DNA of 63,074 nt, filler included, from Candidatus Nezhaarchaeota archaeon WYZ-LMO8 (GCA_004347965.1; 4 parts of 4 records of this genome joined end to end with filler, not necessarily neighbours in it); one strand, 5' to 3'; positions 51,132 through 62,407 are shown, counted from the first letter of the whole stretch. Numbers and translations are program-made. The notes: generated by a model from the sequence alone, not told the origin.

Positions 51132-52496
51132 ATGTCCAGTACACCTTCGTTAATCTCAAGGCTTGAATTATTACCTTTTACTTCTTGGCACGTTAGGGTA
51201 ACTATTGTTTGCTTTCTAGGCTTATTGTTCTTTGGATTTAACAACTACATGATTTCAGCGTCAATGCCTCAAATCGTTAGTGACTTTGGTCTAGGAGATG
51301 TAGAGACTGGGCTATTGCTTGGAGCAAGCTTCTTAGGCATGTTCTTCGGTGCTTTACTATTCGGCGAGGTTGCTGATAGGATAGGTAGACGGCTTACTTT
51401 CCAATATACAATTTTAATCTATGCACTTTCCACAGCACTAATCGCTGCATCTCCAAACTGGATTTTTATGTTTCTACTTCGCTTCATGGTTGGCCTTGGA
51501 TTAGGAGGACTTATTCCAGTAACTTTAGCGTATTTGAGTGAATATTTACCTGCAAGAGTTAGAGGACGCATTATGGCTTGGTCTATTTCAATGTTCTCAC
51601 TGGGAATTGCTTTATCGTACGCTCTAACCCTATTCATTGGGCTAAATTATGGGTGGAGATGGATCTTCGTTTCTGGCATCACACCGATCGTAGTAGCCTT
51701 GTTAGCGAGAATAATTTTACCTGAATCTGTAAGGTACCTCCTTAAGAAAGGTGAGATAAAGAAGGCCTTAGAGATAGTTGAAGAGATAGAGAGGAGGACA
51801 GTTGGTATAAGAGTTTTAACCCAAGAAGCCACCAGGATGGAGCAGGCTCAAGATGTAGTCGAGCTAGGAATTAAGTCTCTATTCGCGCATGGAACACTGA
51901 GAATAACTATAACCTTCTCACTGATATGGACTGCTGTATGCTTTGTATGCTATGCTATATCCCCTTGGCTCCTAATATTCATCCAAAGGGAATTAAAGTA
52001 TCCAGTTACGACAGGACTGCTGTACTTGACCGCCACGGCCCTCATAGGCATGATAGGTACATTCACATCCGGATTCCTCTGCGACTACCTAGGTAGGAGG
52101 ATCACGCTATCTTACTCAATCATCATATCGGTTGCCTTCCTCTACATGCTCTTCGTATTGGGAGGAAATCCCTCACTGGATCTGCTATTTCTAAGTCTTC
52201 AATCGATTTTCCTAGCCTCTACTTGGGGTGCTGTCTATGCGTTCACACCGGAGTCCTTCCCCACCGAAGTAAGAGCAGCTGCTGTAGGCTTCTGTAGTAG
52301 CATAGGGCGCTTAGTCTCGTTCATTGGTCCAACAATCGTAGGTCTCCTGTACACCATGGGAGGCATTTTCCCGGTTCTCACCGTTAATATGATCATGGCG
52401 ATAATTGCGATGGTCGCAGCATTAGCTGCGAAGGAGACCAAGGGGCTGATGTTAGAAGAAATAACCAAAGCTACTAGATTACATCAAAGATATTAA
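51132..52496 (+). CDS. MFS transporter (aromatic acid/sugar porter-like)
   Basis: ADRIGRR, SEYLPARVRG, PESVRYL, PESFPTEVRA, KETKG; about 12 TM. Confidence 0.93.
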   Translation: MSSTPSLISRLELLPFTSWHVRVTIVCFLGLLFFGFNNYMISASMPQIVSDFGLGDVETGLLLGASFLGMFFGALLFGEVADRIGRRLTFQYTILIYALSTALIAASPNWIFMFLLRFMVGLGLGGLIPVTLAYLSEYLPARVRGRIMAWSISMFSLGIALSYALTLFIGLNYGWRWIFVSGITPIVVALLARIILPESVRYLLKKGEIKKALEIVEEIERRTVGIRVLTQEATRMEQAQDVVELGIKSLFAHGTLRITITFSLIWTAVCFVCYAISPWLLIFIQRELKYPVTTGLLYLTATALIGMIGTFTSGFLCDYLGRRITLSYSIIISVAFLYMLFVLGGNPSLDLLFLSLQSIFLASTWGAVYAFTPESFPTEVRAAAVGFCSSIGRLVSFIGPTIVGLLYTMGGIFPVLTVNMIMAIIAMVAALAAKETKGLMLEEITKATRLHQRY

Positions 52497-52538
52497 CCAA
52501 GATATGACCGCATTTGATCTTGTTAGCGGAATCCTCAC

Positions 52539-52757
52539 TTACTTTCTCTCTTCCTGAATTAGCTTCTTAAGCTCCTCTATTCGCTTACTTACTCCTTCTA
52601 GCTCTGAGGCCAATAGAGCCTTTAAGCCCTCTAGCACTCTTAGCTCCTCACGTGGATCAGTTAAGTAAGCCCAAGGAGGCGGTGAAGGCCGTCGAGCCCA
52701 AGCTGGAGGCCATGGATGCCTAGGACACCACCACATATGCCAGTACCATCCACACAT
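52539..52757 (-). CDS. DUF5320-like small protein
   Basis: Pro/Trp-rich N-terminus and EELRVLE...L..EL..V.KRIEEL coiled coil. Confidence 0.65.
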   Translation of the reverse strand: MCGWYWHMWWCPRHPWPPAWARRPSPPPWAYLTDPREELRVLEGLKALLASELEGVSKRIEELKKLIQEERK

Positions 52758-53593
52758 TCAACATTCCCGTTAATATGCTAACCTGACGAGGCACTTAAGT
52801 TTTACGACTTGTTACATTTATCCCGTAAAACCATCATGCAATAAAACTGGGAAACTGCATGGAAGAAGGTGTGTTCAGATTCTTTTAGAGAGTACATTAA
52901 TCAAGGAGTTGCTAGGATCTACTTTAATACCGAGATATCCTCGAAGCCATTGATAGATTATCAGTAATACTCCATAGAGACCTTGAGTACAATGAATGGG
53001 AGGAGCGCTCGAGGAAGTTTAATTCGATCATAATGCTTAAGAGGTAGCATTTAATTCATGTAGTTAAAAGAGACTTAGAGCCATAGAGTCATGCTACTCT
53101 TTTACTGCATGATCAATAAGTTGCGTACAGGCAACATAGTTTAAAGGCCTCCAATAAACGTTGCTAAGTAAGGTAAGGATTAGCCTTTAAGCTTGGCAGT
53201 AAACGAACCTAACATCTCTCCCCCTGCCCACATAATTCTCAAGTAGCTTTTCATGTGTTTTAATGGAAGCTAATGCCTCGCTTCAATGTTATGCCAAAGT
53301 GCCTCCTTACTAAGCCTAAATTGTCTAACATCTCCTTAGATTTCTCTTGTACTGGATACACAATTGATGAGGTCTTTGTCCCACAGAATCTCCAGCTCGT
53401 TCATCAGGTAATAAACCATTTAACTCAAGGTGCATGACGTTCCAATGATTTAACGGTTCACGTAGCCCTAAAGAAGGAGGACTACGTATACATGATAAGG
53501 CTTAGCTCCTCTATGCACCTGAAATACTCTTGTATAGTTAATACCAAACTTTAAATTTTTAGTCTCTGAAATGTTATCAGTTAAGTGATTTGA

Positions 53594-53938
53594 ATGTCAG
53601 AGTCGGGTATTGGACAGGATGAGGCAACTTGGGGGTTAATAGCCTGGATAGTACCTTTAGTGGGAGCCATACTAGCTTTAGTTCTAAAGCCAGGGTACAG
53701 ATACGCTAGGTATTGGGCCTACCTAAACCTATCCTTCTTCATAGTGATTGTCATTGGCGGCATTATAGCGAGCATACTAGCTCTCATACCATTCATCGGC
53801 TGGCTCATAGGCATACTCATATGGGTTGCTCTGCTCATAGTGTGGGTTGTAGGCATAGTAAAGTCAGTTAGCAAAGTCTACTGGAAGCCACCAATCATAT
53901 ACGACTTAGCTAAAGCTTTAGGCATTGAAAAAGCATGA
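53594..53938 (+). CDS. DUF4870-like small membrane protein
   Basis: Three TM segments, LIPFIGWL, W.VGI.K....YWKPP. Confidence 0.75.
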   Translation: MSESGIGQDEATWGLIAWIVPLVGAILALVLKPGYRYARYWAYLNLSFFIVIVIGGIIASILALIPFIGWLIGILIWVALLIVWVVGIVKSVSKVYWKPPIIYDLAKALGIEKA

Positions 53939-54353
53939 CGATAGTATAGCTTAGGATAATAGCACTTAATAACAACTCTTCACCTTTTATTTCATATTGT
54001 TTTTGTTTTGTAGCATATAGTACTGTAATCGGTATGGGAAGGGCCAATAATTAAATGAGGAAGGGCGTCTCGCAAATGTCTAGATCTCACTAATTCCATT
54101 AAAACACTAGGTTAGTGAGAGACTTCACTGTACACTAGTCACATATGCAAAGTAATGGAATGGAACGATAAACGTACGGATTCCACACGATAAGAATGAA
54201 TTATTTTCGGGAAGCAAAATGTAGTTGAGTTAAGATATGGAAGAATATGCACCATAATTTATCGGCAATGACACATAAATTTAATCACCGAGAAGCTCAT
54301 CCTTACAGAATACTCTTTGATATTTTCGCAATCAAATATTGAACGTATTACCT

Positions 54354-54737
54354 CTAACCCGATGCATGTGCTGTTACAAACATGGACATCATGACTATCA
54401 GCATGATTATTGAGCTATACAAATAGAGCTTTGCTTGACTGCGAAGTGCTGCTCGTTTTCTTGTCATTACGTAACTCATTGGGAGGACAAGTATTGAGGA
54501 GAGCAGTAGCAAGGAATGCAGGTCTCCAGAGTATAGGAGACTGCTATCTATTGCCTTCTCACTTACGAGTGGATTCTTAAGCCCAGTGATTGAGAGTATA
54601 GTAACGAGGAGGAAGATCGACTGAGACGTCAACACGATAAGCACAGCTGCACCTATGATATGGATTGTTGCACTTATAGCAAGAACAACTTTCCTGCTCC
54701 CATAAAGCTCCTTCATGAAACTTTCTTCCACTTCCAT
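54354..54737 (-). CDS. Small membrane protein (127 aa)
   Basis: ATG 54737 preceded by a TTTAAG TATA-like box; about 4 hydrophobic segments. Confidence 0.55.
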   Translation of the reverse strand: MEVEESFMKELYGSRKVVLAISATIHIIGAAVLIVLTSQSIFLLVTILSITGLKNPLVSEKAIDSSLLYSGDLHSLLLLSSILVLPMSYVMTRKRAALRSQAKLYLYSSIIMLIVMMSMFVTAHASG

Positions 54738-54811
54738 AGAATAAGGGGTTAATAAGCTTAAACAAATGTATAAACCGATTATTCGATAATAAAATGTTTC
54801 GATCTTACCAT

Positions 54812-55195
54812 CTACGTCGTAGACGTGACACGGTACATTGATGCTATAACAGCAATAGTCGATGCTATTGAGGATGCAAGCCCCAAGAACATTAAGGGAT
54901 CCATAGTTATGGCTGTGACTGCTATTAGCAAAACTATCTGAGTTATAGTTGTGCTGATGATGAGCTGCTTGGAGAGCTTCCTTCCAGTAATTATAGCATA
55001 GCCCGTGAAAGCGTATAGTGCATTTATGCACAGGAGCACGATAATGGCAGTTCCTAGAGTCCAGCCATAGTAAGCGTAGGTCTCCGCGCCTACACCGTAC
55101 AAGTGGCTGATGCGCACTACTGTCCCACTAACTATCGTAACGTTCACTAGAAGAGCTACTAAAGGGAAGGTGCTTGTACCAAAATTGTAGCTCAC
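54812..55195 (-). CDS. Small membrane protein (127 aa)
   Basis: About 4 hydrophobic segments; SD GGGTTG upstream. Confidence 0.55.
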   Translation of the reverse strand: MSYNFGTSTFPLVALLVNVTIVSGTVVRISHLYGVGAETYAYYGWTLGTAIIVLLCINALYAFTGYAIITGRKLSKQLIISTTITQIVLLIAVTAITMDPLMFLGLASSIASTIAVIASMYRVTSTT

Positions 55196-55604
55196 TACAA
55201 CCCACTTATAATGAACAACCTACTTCACACCTTATAAGGCTTCTTAGCGCACCAAAACCAGCACCATGAGGTGGCATTCCAAAGATTTTCAGTATGCTTA
55301 AAAGTTCTAAACCCTTTACATCACCCTCTTGTAGAGGGTAATAACGTACACCACTTTTCTTAGTCTCTCAAACGACTAACTCTTCGTGACTCCATTTATG
55401 AGAATAAAAGAGAGACCTTGCAACTTTGCCTTGGCTCTTCAACAGCTTATCAAGCTCATTGGTCATCAACTCGTCTACTGTCTCTCACTTGGCGCCAGTA
55501 CTTTTAAGTCAGCGTTTCTTCCTCTTCGCCTTGGCCCTCCTCTCTTACTCTAAGGTTGCATTAGGCAATATCGGATAGGTCTCTCCATCCATTATAGTTG
55601 GATA

Positions 55605-58600
55605 TTAATGGCTCAGCGCTCCTCCTCTACGCGTTAACATTATTACAAGCGTTATGGTGATTGCTATTAGAACTCCAATTATTATGTTGATAAGTAATTC
55701 CGTTGAGATGGCTAGTCCCTCAACTGTCCATTTAGCTTTTAGTGTTGTGGGAAATTGCACCTTGAATACGTATGTAGGCGATGCGCTCACTAAAGTTCCG
55801 TTCTCCTCCCACCCCTTGAACTTGTAGGTCTTGGAGTCCTCTTCGAACTTTATTGGGGAGATTGTTATTCTCGCCTCATCACCCTCATCGTACCAGCCGA
55901 TACCCTCTACAACCCCATAATCGGAAGTAGCGGAGATGTAGTACTGTCTACCCCAGTTTAGCGTTACTTCATTCTTTGAAGTGTACTCATAGCTTTTCAA
56001 GATCAAGCGGGTTCTATTACCTAGATCGATTAGATAACCTATTGGTACCTCAAGACCCCTTCCCATCTCGATGAGCTTCACTCCACTGAAGATGTCTAGT
56101 GGATCGCGTATCCATAGTAGCTGCATGGATGGTAGGGTTTTAGTGGAATAGTAGACTTGGGTGGGCGTAGCTTTACCAGAGCTTAGACGAACCACGTAGT
56201 CTCCGCAGTAGCTTGCATAGACCCCCTTAACTCTCTCATGCGTGATGTAGCCGTGGCTATAAGCTGTGGGAATAGGGATCAACTCTCCGTTAATGTTGAC
56301 GAGCAGCTTTAAGTTGGCGTCAATCCTCTCAACCACGGTCTTCGGCTTCACTCCAGATGGTCCAGCTAATACTAACTCCAAGTCGCTTAAGGGGTATGTC
56401 GTTGGATCAACCTTAAAGCAAGCAGTGTTAGGGTTAACGTGGAGAAGAACAGCATCGTAGAGCTCTACGGGCTCATTAGCAATTGACTTGCCAAACTCCA
56501 ATCTTACTGTGCCATCCTCCATCTTTACTGATAAGTGAAGAAGGATCGTTAAAGGGTAGCTATAATCCATCCACCTTTCAACAATGTAGAAGTAGTAGTC
56601 GCCAGCCCTCATCTCTTTAGCTATGCTACCATTACCCTTAACCAGCTGCCTGTTCAACATCGAGATGGGATACGTGGTGGCATTCCACAAATTGTTCAAT
56701 AACCTTAGCCGCTTGGTCTCAGTATCTAAGATAACTATGTTTTGAACCCAGTAGACCTGCCAACCGCTTTTGGCCTTTACGTGTAAGAAGGCGTTTAGCT
56801 GAAGTGTGAGACAATGCTTCATCTCGTCATCGTCGAAGGGTCTGGTCGCGTATAACTCACGTATCTCAGCTAGACCCCAAGTCTCTACATACTCGTAGCT
56901 GTATCCAATCCTCCCCTCGGGCAATGATGTAACGCCGTAGTCGACTATCCCTATAGGCAGGTAGACTCTCGCTTCCTCGAATGATGGTAGGGAGCTCTCG
57001 TAAGCCTTAATGAAGTAGCTTACCTCTGCTTGCTCTGTTGAGCGTAAGACAAGGAAGTACGTTCCTGGATCCAGTTGAACGCTAACGTTAATCTCCTTGC
57101 CAGTCCACGTGAGCTTGGAGCCTATAGACCTTGTTCTAGTAAACTCTTTGAGCTCACTCTCAGTCATGAGAGTGAGCTGTATGGGTGCAGAGGAGCTCAG
57201 CGTAGCTTCCAAGAAGGCGTAGGCAGTCTCATTGCTTACCGTGAATCCTGGAGAGCACAGGTATTGAGGTGGAATTATGGTTGTGCTTCCGTTCATGTAC
57301 AGGAGGGTCTTGTTAATGTATGCTAAGTTGAACTTATCGTAGGGCACTGGAAGTTTTAGAAGCATCTTCTTGGGCTCAGATATTAAGGGGATCTTCTTGA
57401 TTAGTAAACCTCCATCTCCTCCAATCGTTATCGTACCATTCTCAACTGATACTGAGAAGGCAGCGGATCCCATACAGTAACTCCACATTAAGTCACCGGT
57501 TTCATTAAATAGAAGAACTAGCCCAAGCCAGTCCCCAGCAACGAGGCAGTTACCCATCCAGCTGAGGCAGTACACGTATTGTGGGTAGGGCTTCGTGTAG
57601 TATTCCTTCGGCTTAACGGACTCGGGTGGTGTGTATGACCACTCTAACTCGCCATCTTCGTCAAGCACGTAAATTCCCATAGCTCCACCGAAAGCCACGA
57701 AGTCCTTTCCAGGTGCTATCACAGTCCCATAGATCTCCCTAGACCACAAGACATCTCCTTGCTTATCGAGAGCATATGTCTTGTCGGTAACAACTATGAG
57801 TGCGTCTCTCCACCATGAAGCCGATACGCGCCAAGGTATCGTGGCATTTCTCTCAGTGCTCTTAAAGAACCACTTTAAGCCTCCATGCTCGTCGAACACG
57901 AAGACGCCCTCGCCAGCAACACCAACGGCTAAGAGGGGGCCAGACCACGAGAGAGAGATGACCCAGTCAGGGACTCTGTAGCCCCAAAGTAGGGTTCCGT
58001 CCTTAGTGAACACACAAAGCCCGTTGCTGAGACCCACAGCCAAGAGGCCACTACTACTCCACGAGAGGGAGCGGACCTTGCCTAAACTAAAGCTCCACTT
58101 TAAACTACCCTCCTCATCGAAGACGTATAGGTCGCTATAGCCCCCGACCGCTAGGAGGTCTTCATACCAAGCGAGGTGAGCAACCCATCCAGTCTCACTA
58201 CTCCACTTCACGTTCCCCTCTAAGTCTAGCACGAAAACATTGGAGTCCCAGCCGCCAACAGCCACTAGGCCTCGATGCAAAGCGACTGCCTCCACGTGGA
58301 AGCCCAACTTCCTTTTCCATAGCAGAGTACCACTCCCATCCAGTACGTGGACGTAGCCGTCGCTGCTAGCGATTGCTATCTTGTCACTATAGAACTTAAT
58401 GGCCCAAACGTAGCCGCAGGTCCAATAGCTCCATAGCATATTTCCCCGAGAATCGAGTAGCGTGAAGTTCCCGCTATCCAATCCAACTCCTAAGAGGAAG
58501 TCTCCGTATGAAGATATGGCTTGTACACAGTATTCGAGCTCGTACTTCCATGCAACTTCACCTCTTTCATCGAGGACCACAACGCCGCCTCTACCTCCTA

Positions 58601-59363
58601 CAGCTAGCAGATCGCCCAGCCACATTAGAGAAGATGGTTCTACTTCCTTCACGTACTTCGACCACTTCAAGCTTCCATAATGATCAAAGACGTACACCAC
58701 TCCATCAGAAGTTTCGAGAATCGCTAAGTCCCCCTTACTGCTCCACGAAATTTTGTCTAAGAAGCCGTGGAGACCCCACAATACGCTGCCTTCCTTGTCG
58801 AATACGTAGACGCCCCACGTACCCTCTGGACCTCCTAAACACATAATCGCTGCAAGATGATAGCCGCACCAGGACACAGCTAAGGTGTCGCCGCCCTTAC
58901 TCCATAGTAGCTTCCCGCTCTTGTCGAAGACCATTAGGCTATCTGCTCCAACAGCAAGCATATCTCCGCTCCACGCTACTGAGTTTGCTTGATGCTCAGA
59001 CTCCATGCTCCAGAGCAAAGCGCCGTCATGATTAAAGACATAGAGGACACCCGGAGGTCCAAGGCTTACAACTGCTAATTCACCACTATCACTCCACGAT
59101 ACGTCCCATGTGCTAGTATAGTTTAACCTTCGCTCCCACCTTAAGGAGCCATGATGGTCATATACGAGTAGGTGACCTGTACTCGTCCCAACAGCCAACC
59201 CGTAATCACTCCAGTCTAGGACCCTCGGAACTCCGAAAGACCAGAAGGACTTCTCAGATCCATCCGAGTAAGACTCTTGAGAAGTGATGGCATAGCTTGA
59301 GCCATGAAGGAACGTAATGAGATATAAGGCTAAAATGGCAAGCATGGTCTTCTTAAAAACCAC
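55605..59363 (-). CDS. Secreted, membrane-anchored beta-propeller / thermopsin-like protein
   Basis: Signal peptide; about 15 PQQ/WD-like repeats (VFD..G.L.WS); thermopsin-like PIGIVDYG, LQLNA, YWVQN, DLELVLAGP; GWYDEG repeat; C-terminal TM. Confidence 0.8.
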   Translation of the reverse strand: MVFKKTMLAILALYLITFLHGSSYAITSQESYSDGSEKSFWSFGVPRVLDWSDYGLAVGTSTGHLLVYDHHGSLRWERRLNYTSTWDVSWSDSGELAVVSLGPPGVLYVFNHDGALLWSMESEHQANSVAWSGDMLAVGADSLMVFDKSGKLLWSKGGDTLAVSWCGYHLAAIMCLGGPEGTWGVYVFDKEGSVLWGLHGFLDKISWSSKGDLAILETSDGVVYVFDHYGSLKWSKYVKEVEPSSLMWLGDLLAVGGRGGVVVLDERGEVAWKYELEYCVQAISSYGDFLLGVGLDSGNFTLLDSRGNMLWSYWTCGYVWAIKFYSDKIAIASSDGYVHVLDGSGTLLWKRKLGFHVEAVALHRGLVAVGGWDSNVFVLDLEGNVKWSSETGWVAHLAWYEDLLAVGGYSDLYVFDEEGSLKWSFSLGKVRSLSWSSSGLLAVGLSNGLCVFTKDGTLLWGYRVPDWVISLSWSGPLLAVGVAGEGVFVFDEHGGLKWFFKSTERNATIPWRVSASWWRDALIVVTDKTYALDKQGDVLWSREIYGTVIAPGKDFVAFGGAMGIYVLDEDGELEWSYTPPESVKPKEYYTKPYPQYVYCLSWMGNCLVAGDWLGLVLLFNETGDLMWSYCMGSAAFSVSVENGTITIGGDGGLLIKKIPLISEPKKMLLKLPVPYDKFNLAYINKTLLYMNGSTTIIPPQYLCSPGFTVSNETAYAFLEATLSSSAPIQLTLMTESELKEFTRTRSIGSKLTWTGKEINVSVQLDPGTYFLVLRSTEQAEVSYFIKAYESSLPSFEEARVYLPIGIVDYGVTSLPEGRIGYSYEYVETWGLAEIRELYATRPFDDDEMKHCLTLQLNAFLHVKAKSGWQVYWVQNIVILDTETKRLRLLNNLWNATTYPISMLNRQLVKGNGSIAKEMRAGDYYFYIVERWMDYSYPLTILLHLSVKMEDGTVRLEFGKSIANEPVELYDAVLLHVNPNTACFKVDPTTYPLSDLELVLAGPSGVKPKTVVERIDANLKLLVNINGELIPIPTAYSHGYITHERVKGVYASYCGDYVVRLSSGKATPTQVYYSTKTLPSMQLLWIRDPLDIFSGVKLIEMGRGLEVPIGYLIDLGNRTRLILKSYEYTSKNEVTLNWGRQYYISATSDYGVVEGIGWYDEGDEARITISPIKFEEDSKTYKFKGWEENGTLVSASPTYVFKVQFPTTLKAKWTVEGLAISTELLINIIIGVLIAITITLVIMLTRRGGALSH

Positions 59364-59671
59364 TAGTTATCACCGGAGAAACCGCTAGTAGTTCTAATAA
59401 ACCTCTCTCCAGCCATTACCAGAGATAATCTTGCTAACTCTTCAAGGATCTTACATGTTGGAAATGCTTAAAGCATTAATTGGGGTAAGCAAACCGAGAC
59501 CTTGCCTATAACCTTGAACTCGAGGATCGAGAAAACTTGAAAACTATGAGTTCTAAAACTTGAAATGGCGATGCTCAATGCTGCAAATCGCTTGACTTTG
59601 AAGCTTAACCAGGTAGACACAACATTACTCACGGCTAAGTCAACAGCTTTAGCTCTAATGACAATAATGTG

Positions 59672-60193
59672 TTACCTTATTCCCGTAACAGCCCTAAGCT
59701 CATTTACAACTTCTTGAACAGTCTCCTTAAGCTTGGCAGAGTCTCTGATAGTGGCATCCCTAATGTTTGCGCATAGCATGGGCTTGGCTCCGCAGAGCTT
59801 CTCAACAATTCTCTCGATTTTCGCTGTCTCCATGCTTCGAACACTTGTTGCGATGACCACCACAGACCTCATGGTAGCGTGTCTCTTCAGAAACTCTTGT
59901 ATTGGTGAAGATAACGTGCCGATCCATATGGGTGAGGCTACAACCACGAGATCGTAGTCACCAAGCTTAGGCTTGCTAGGCTCAAACTTGATGCTCGTCC
60001 CCTTCTTAAAGATGGTATCGTATATAAGCCTGAAGTTCACGTGAAGGGGCTTGGAGTACTCCCTCATCGGGAGGACCACGTAGACGTCTACTGTAAAGTC
60101 CTCACTTGCAAGGACTTGCTTCAGCACATTGACCACACGCTTTGTATATCCAGTCCTAGAGTAATATACCACGGCTACCTTCATGAAGACCAC
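59672..60193 (-). CDS. Flavodoxin family protein
   Basis: VVYYSRTGYT, YDLVVVASPIW. Confidence 0.88.
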   Translation of the reverse strand: MVFMKVAVVYYSRTGYTKRVVNVLKQVLASEDFTVDVYVVLPMREYSKPLHVNFRLIYDTIFKKGTSIKFEPSKPKLGDYDLVVVASPIWIGTLSSPIQEFLKRHATMRSVVVIATSVRSMETAKIERIVEKLCGAKPMLCANIRDATIRDSAKLKETVQEVVNELRAVTGIR

Positions 60194-60659
60194 GACTCAC
60201 AAAAATTATGGTTAGTGATCCTAAATTAATTTGCATGGACTAACTCTGTAAAAATTGAAAATCATTGTCAGTACGTAGGGGTTTGTCCTCCACTTCTCCT
60301 CTTAGAGGTTTTATTGAGCACTTTGATCTTCCTGCCATATTCACTAACTCTCATTCCAAGCCCATTTCTTCGAACACTTCAAAGCCCTAATGTCTCACTT
60401 GGATCTAGGTAGAGATAAATCGTGCCCTACCTGAGACCATGGAGGACCTACTTCAAGAAAAGTCTTCATTGGAAGTTAGGGGTCACTAATTGACTGTTAG
60501 AACTTTATGTAGCTTATCTGCTTAATGCGTTACGGTAAGCTAAATGATTACAATTCCTTAAGTGAATATGAAGACGTGAGTATCCATCCTTGTACGCATT
60601 GTTGAAGGCTTGCAATGTCTCTTTAAGTGGCGTGAGACGTTAAATAGCTTTACTGCAGA

Positions 60660-60905
60660 TAGCTTAGCTAAAGCTCCTTCGCTAAGCTGACAACTATAAA
60701 TTCTTTAATCCTATGATAGAGCTTAACGAGGTCGTAACCTCAAGGGTGCTAACCTAAGACGTATGGTACTAAAGTTTCAAAGTTTTCTTGACTACTTACT
60801 AGGCCGCGAAGCAAGCCTGGTTGTAATCGCCTATGTTAATGCTCGCTTCAGCATAATGAGTACCATTCTAGCTTTCGTCAACAAGTTTGAGACCTCATCC
60901 CTAAT
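60660..60905 (-). pseudogene. Degraded HEPN-domain gene
   Basis: GDYNQACFAA**VVKKTLK (family W.CF.AQQA.EK.LKA) and P*GYDLVKLY (family P..HDL..L), with stops and frameshifts. Confidence 0.7.
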
Positions 60906-61336
60906 TAGTGTAGCTCATCATGCTCTTTCAAGTAGGTATTGACTGACCATAAAATAACTTCCCAATTAACGCTGGAAAATAAGCAGGTGAAATCTTATGT
61001 AAATCGGTAATTGATATCAGAAAATATATATTTTAAGCTAATTGAGCGTACCAATGACATCGGTAAGCTCCCTAGAGCGTATCCTTTGGCAAAAGCTCTT
61101 AGTTGTAACTGAAGAGCTTGCCAATAATCCACATAGAAACAGCTTATCTGAACTTAAAGGTTTTGAGCTACTTAATCGGTGATCCCTGAGTTTGCTTCTC
61201 TCAACTTCATTAAGGTAGAATGAATATGAAGAATATCAGTAAACTGTGTTTTGGATGGTCCCTCAATCCATGGATGGAAGGGAGTAAGAATTAAATCGTC
61301 TTCATATGAAAGTAGTGCACATAGGAGTGAGAAATT

Positions 61337-62407
61337 GTGGTTTGGAGACCCAAACTTCCAATTACGAATGTGTACCAACTTTTGGATGCAGACATATGCT
61401 CAGTATGTGGAGCATGCGTCGCCGCTTGCCATTGGAAAGCCATCTACTTTGATAATCGAATGCCGAGCCGGATATCTAAAGAGATTAAGCTGTGCGTTGA
61501 CTGCTCGCGATGTTTAATAGTATGCCCCCAAGTGACTCTTTGGGCCAAGAAAGACCTCTACTCAGATGATGTTAAGATTGTTGATGCATATCATGTGAGA
61601 AGCAGAGACAAGAAAGTATTATCTATTGCACAAGATGGTGGAGCTGTTACCACCATAGCTATGAAGGCTCTTGAAAGGAAGCTTGTGGACGCTGTTGTCC
61701 TCGCTGGAACTGAGGACAAATTAATTCCAAAACCTGTTCTAGCCTTTACACCCGAGGACGTCATGAAGTGTGCTAAGTCCAAGTACTTTTACATACCGTC
61801 ACTCATAGAGCTTGGCAGGTTCGATAAAGTAAGAAGCGTGATGGTTGTGGGCCTCCCATGCCAGATCAGAGTTATAGAGAGACTAGCAGAGTTTGATGTC
61901 GGCATCTCAAGAAAAGTAGCATATAAAGTTGGATTGTTCTGTAGACACAACCTCGACTATGCCTCTCTGATTGAGAAGCTTTTGCCAAAGGTTGGAGTCA
62001 CAGTAGAAAGTTTAGCTAAGATGGATGTAAAGGGTAAGGTCATAGTTTACGATAAGGTAGGCAAATCCTACGAACTACCACTCTCAGAGTATGAAAACCT
62101 TGCAAGACCATCATGCCTACAGTGCCCTGAGTTTGTGTCTAGATGTGCAGATATTAATGTAGGGTCTACTGGTGCCCCTGATGGATGGAACATGGTTCTA
62201 GTGATGAACAGAAGAGGCGAAGAACTTCTTGACGCCTTAATAGACGCTCTTGAGACGAAGAAACCTACTAGTGACGAATTAAACAGAGTGTATAGGATGG
62301 ATAGGGGGAAGCGTGGGGAAGCTAGCAAATTCTTTAAAGAATTCTATGGCGTGGAAGTTGGAGAAAGATTTCTTGACAGGGATACTTGGAGAGTAATTTC
62401 AAGGTGA
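61337..62407 (+). CDS. FrhB/FdhB family F420-binding subunit with N-terminal ferredoxin
   Basis: CSVCGACVAAC, AQDGGAVT, VGLPCQ, VGLFC, ADINVG; SD GGAGTGA. Confidence 0.9.
   Translation: MVWRPKLPITNVYQLLDADICSVCGACVAACHWKAIYFDNRMPSRISKEIKLCVDCSRCLIVCPQVTLWAKKDLYSDDVKIVDAYHVRSRDKKVLSIAQDGGAVTTIAMKALERKLVDAVVLAGTEDKLIPKPVLAFTPEDVMKCAKSKYFYIPSLIELGRFDKVRSVMVVGLPCQIRVIERLAEFDVGISRKVAYKVGLFCRHNLDYASLIEKLLPKVGVTVESLAKMDVKGKVIVYDKVGKSYELPLSEYENLARPSCLQCPEFVSRCADINVGSTGAPDGWNMVLVMNRRGEELLDALIDALETKKPTSDELNRVYRMDRGKRGEASKFFKEFYGVEVGERFLDRDTWRVISR

Noticed and set aside
52840..53400. Stop-riddled coding-like fragments (for example DILEAIDRLSVILHRDL)
   Set aside because: Possible pseudogene debris; no motif recognised with confidence.
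55323..55339. Hairpin ACCCTCT-TGT-AGAGGGT sharing 11 nt with the TnpB right-end hairpin
   Set aside because: No TCAA-type end or tnpB sequence next to it; too short to call a MITE or second element.
57400..59250. Periodic sequence similarity suggesting a DNA repeat or CRISPR array
   Set aside because: Explained by beta-propeller protein repeats; no identical repeat-spacer structure was seen anywhere in the window.
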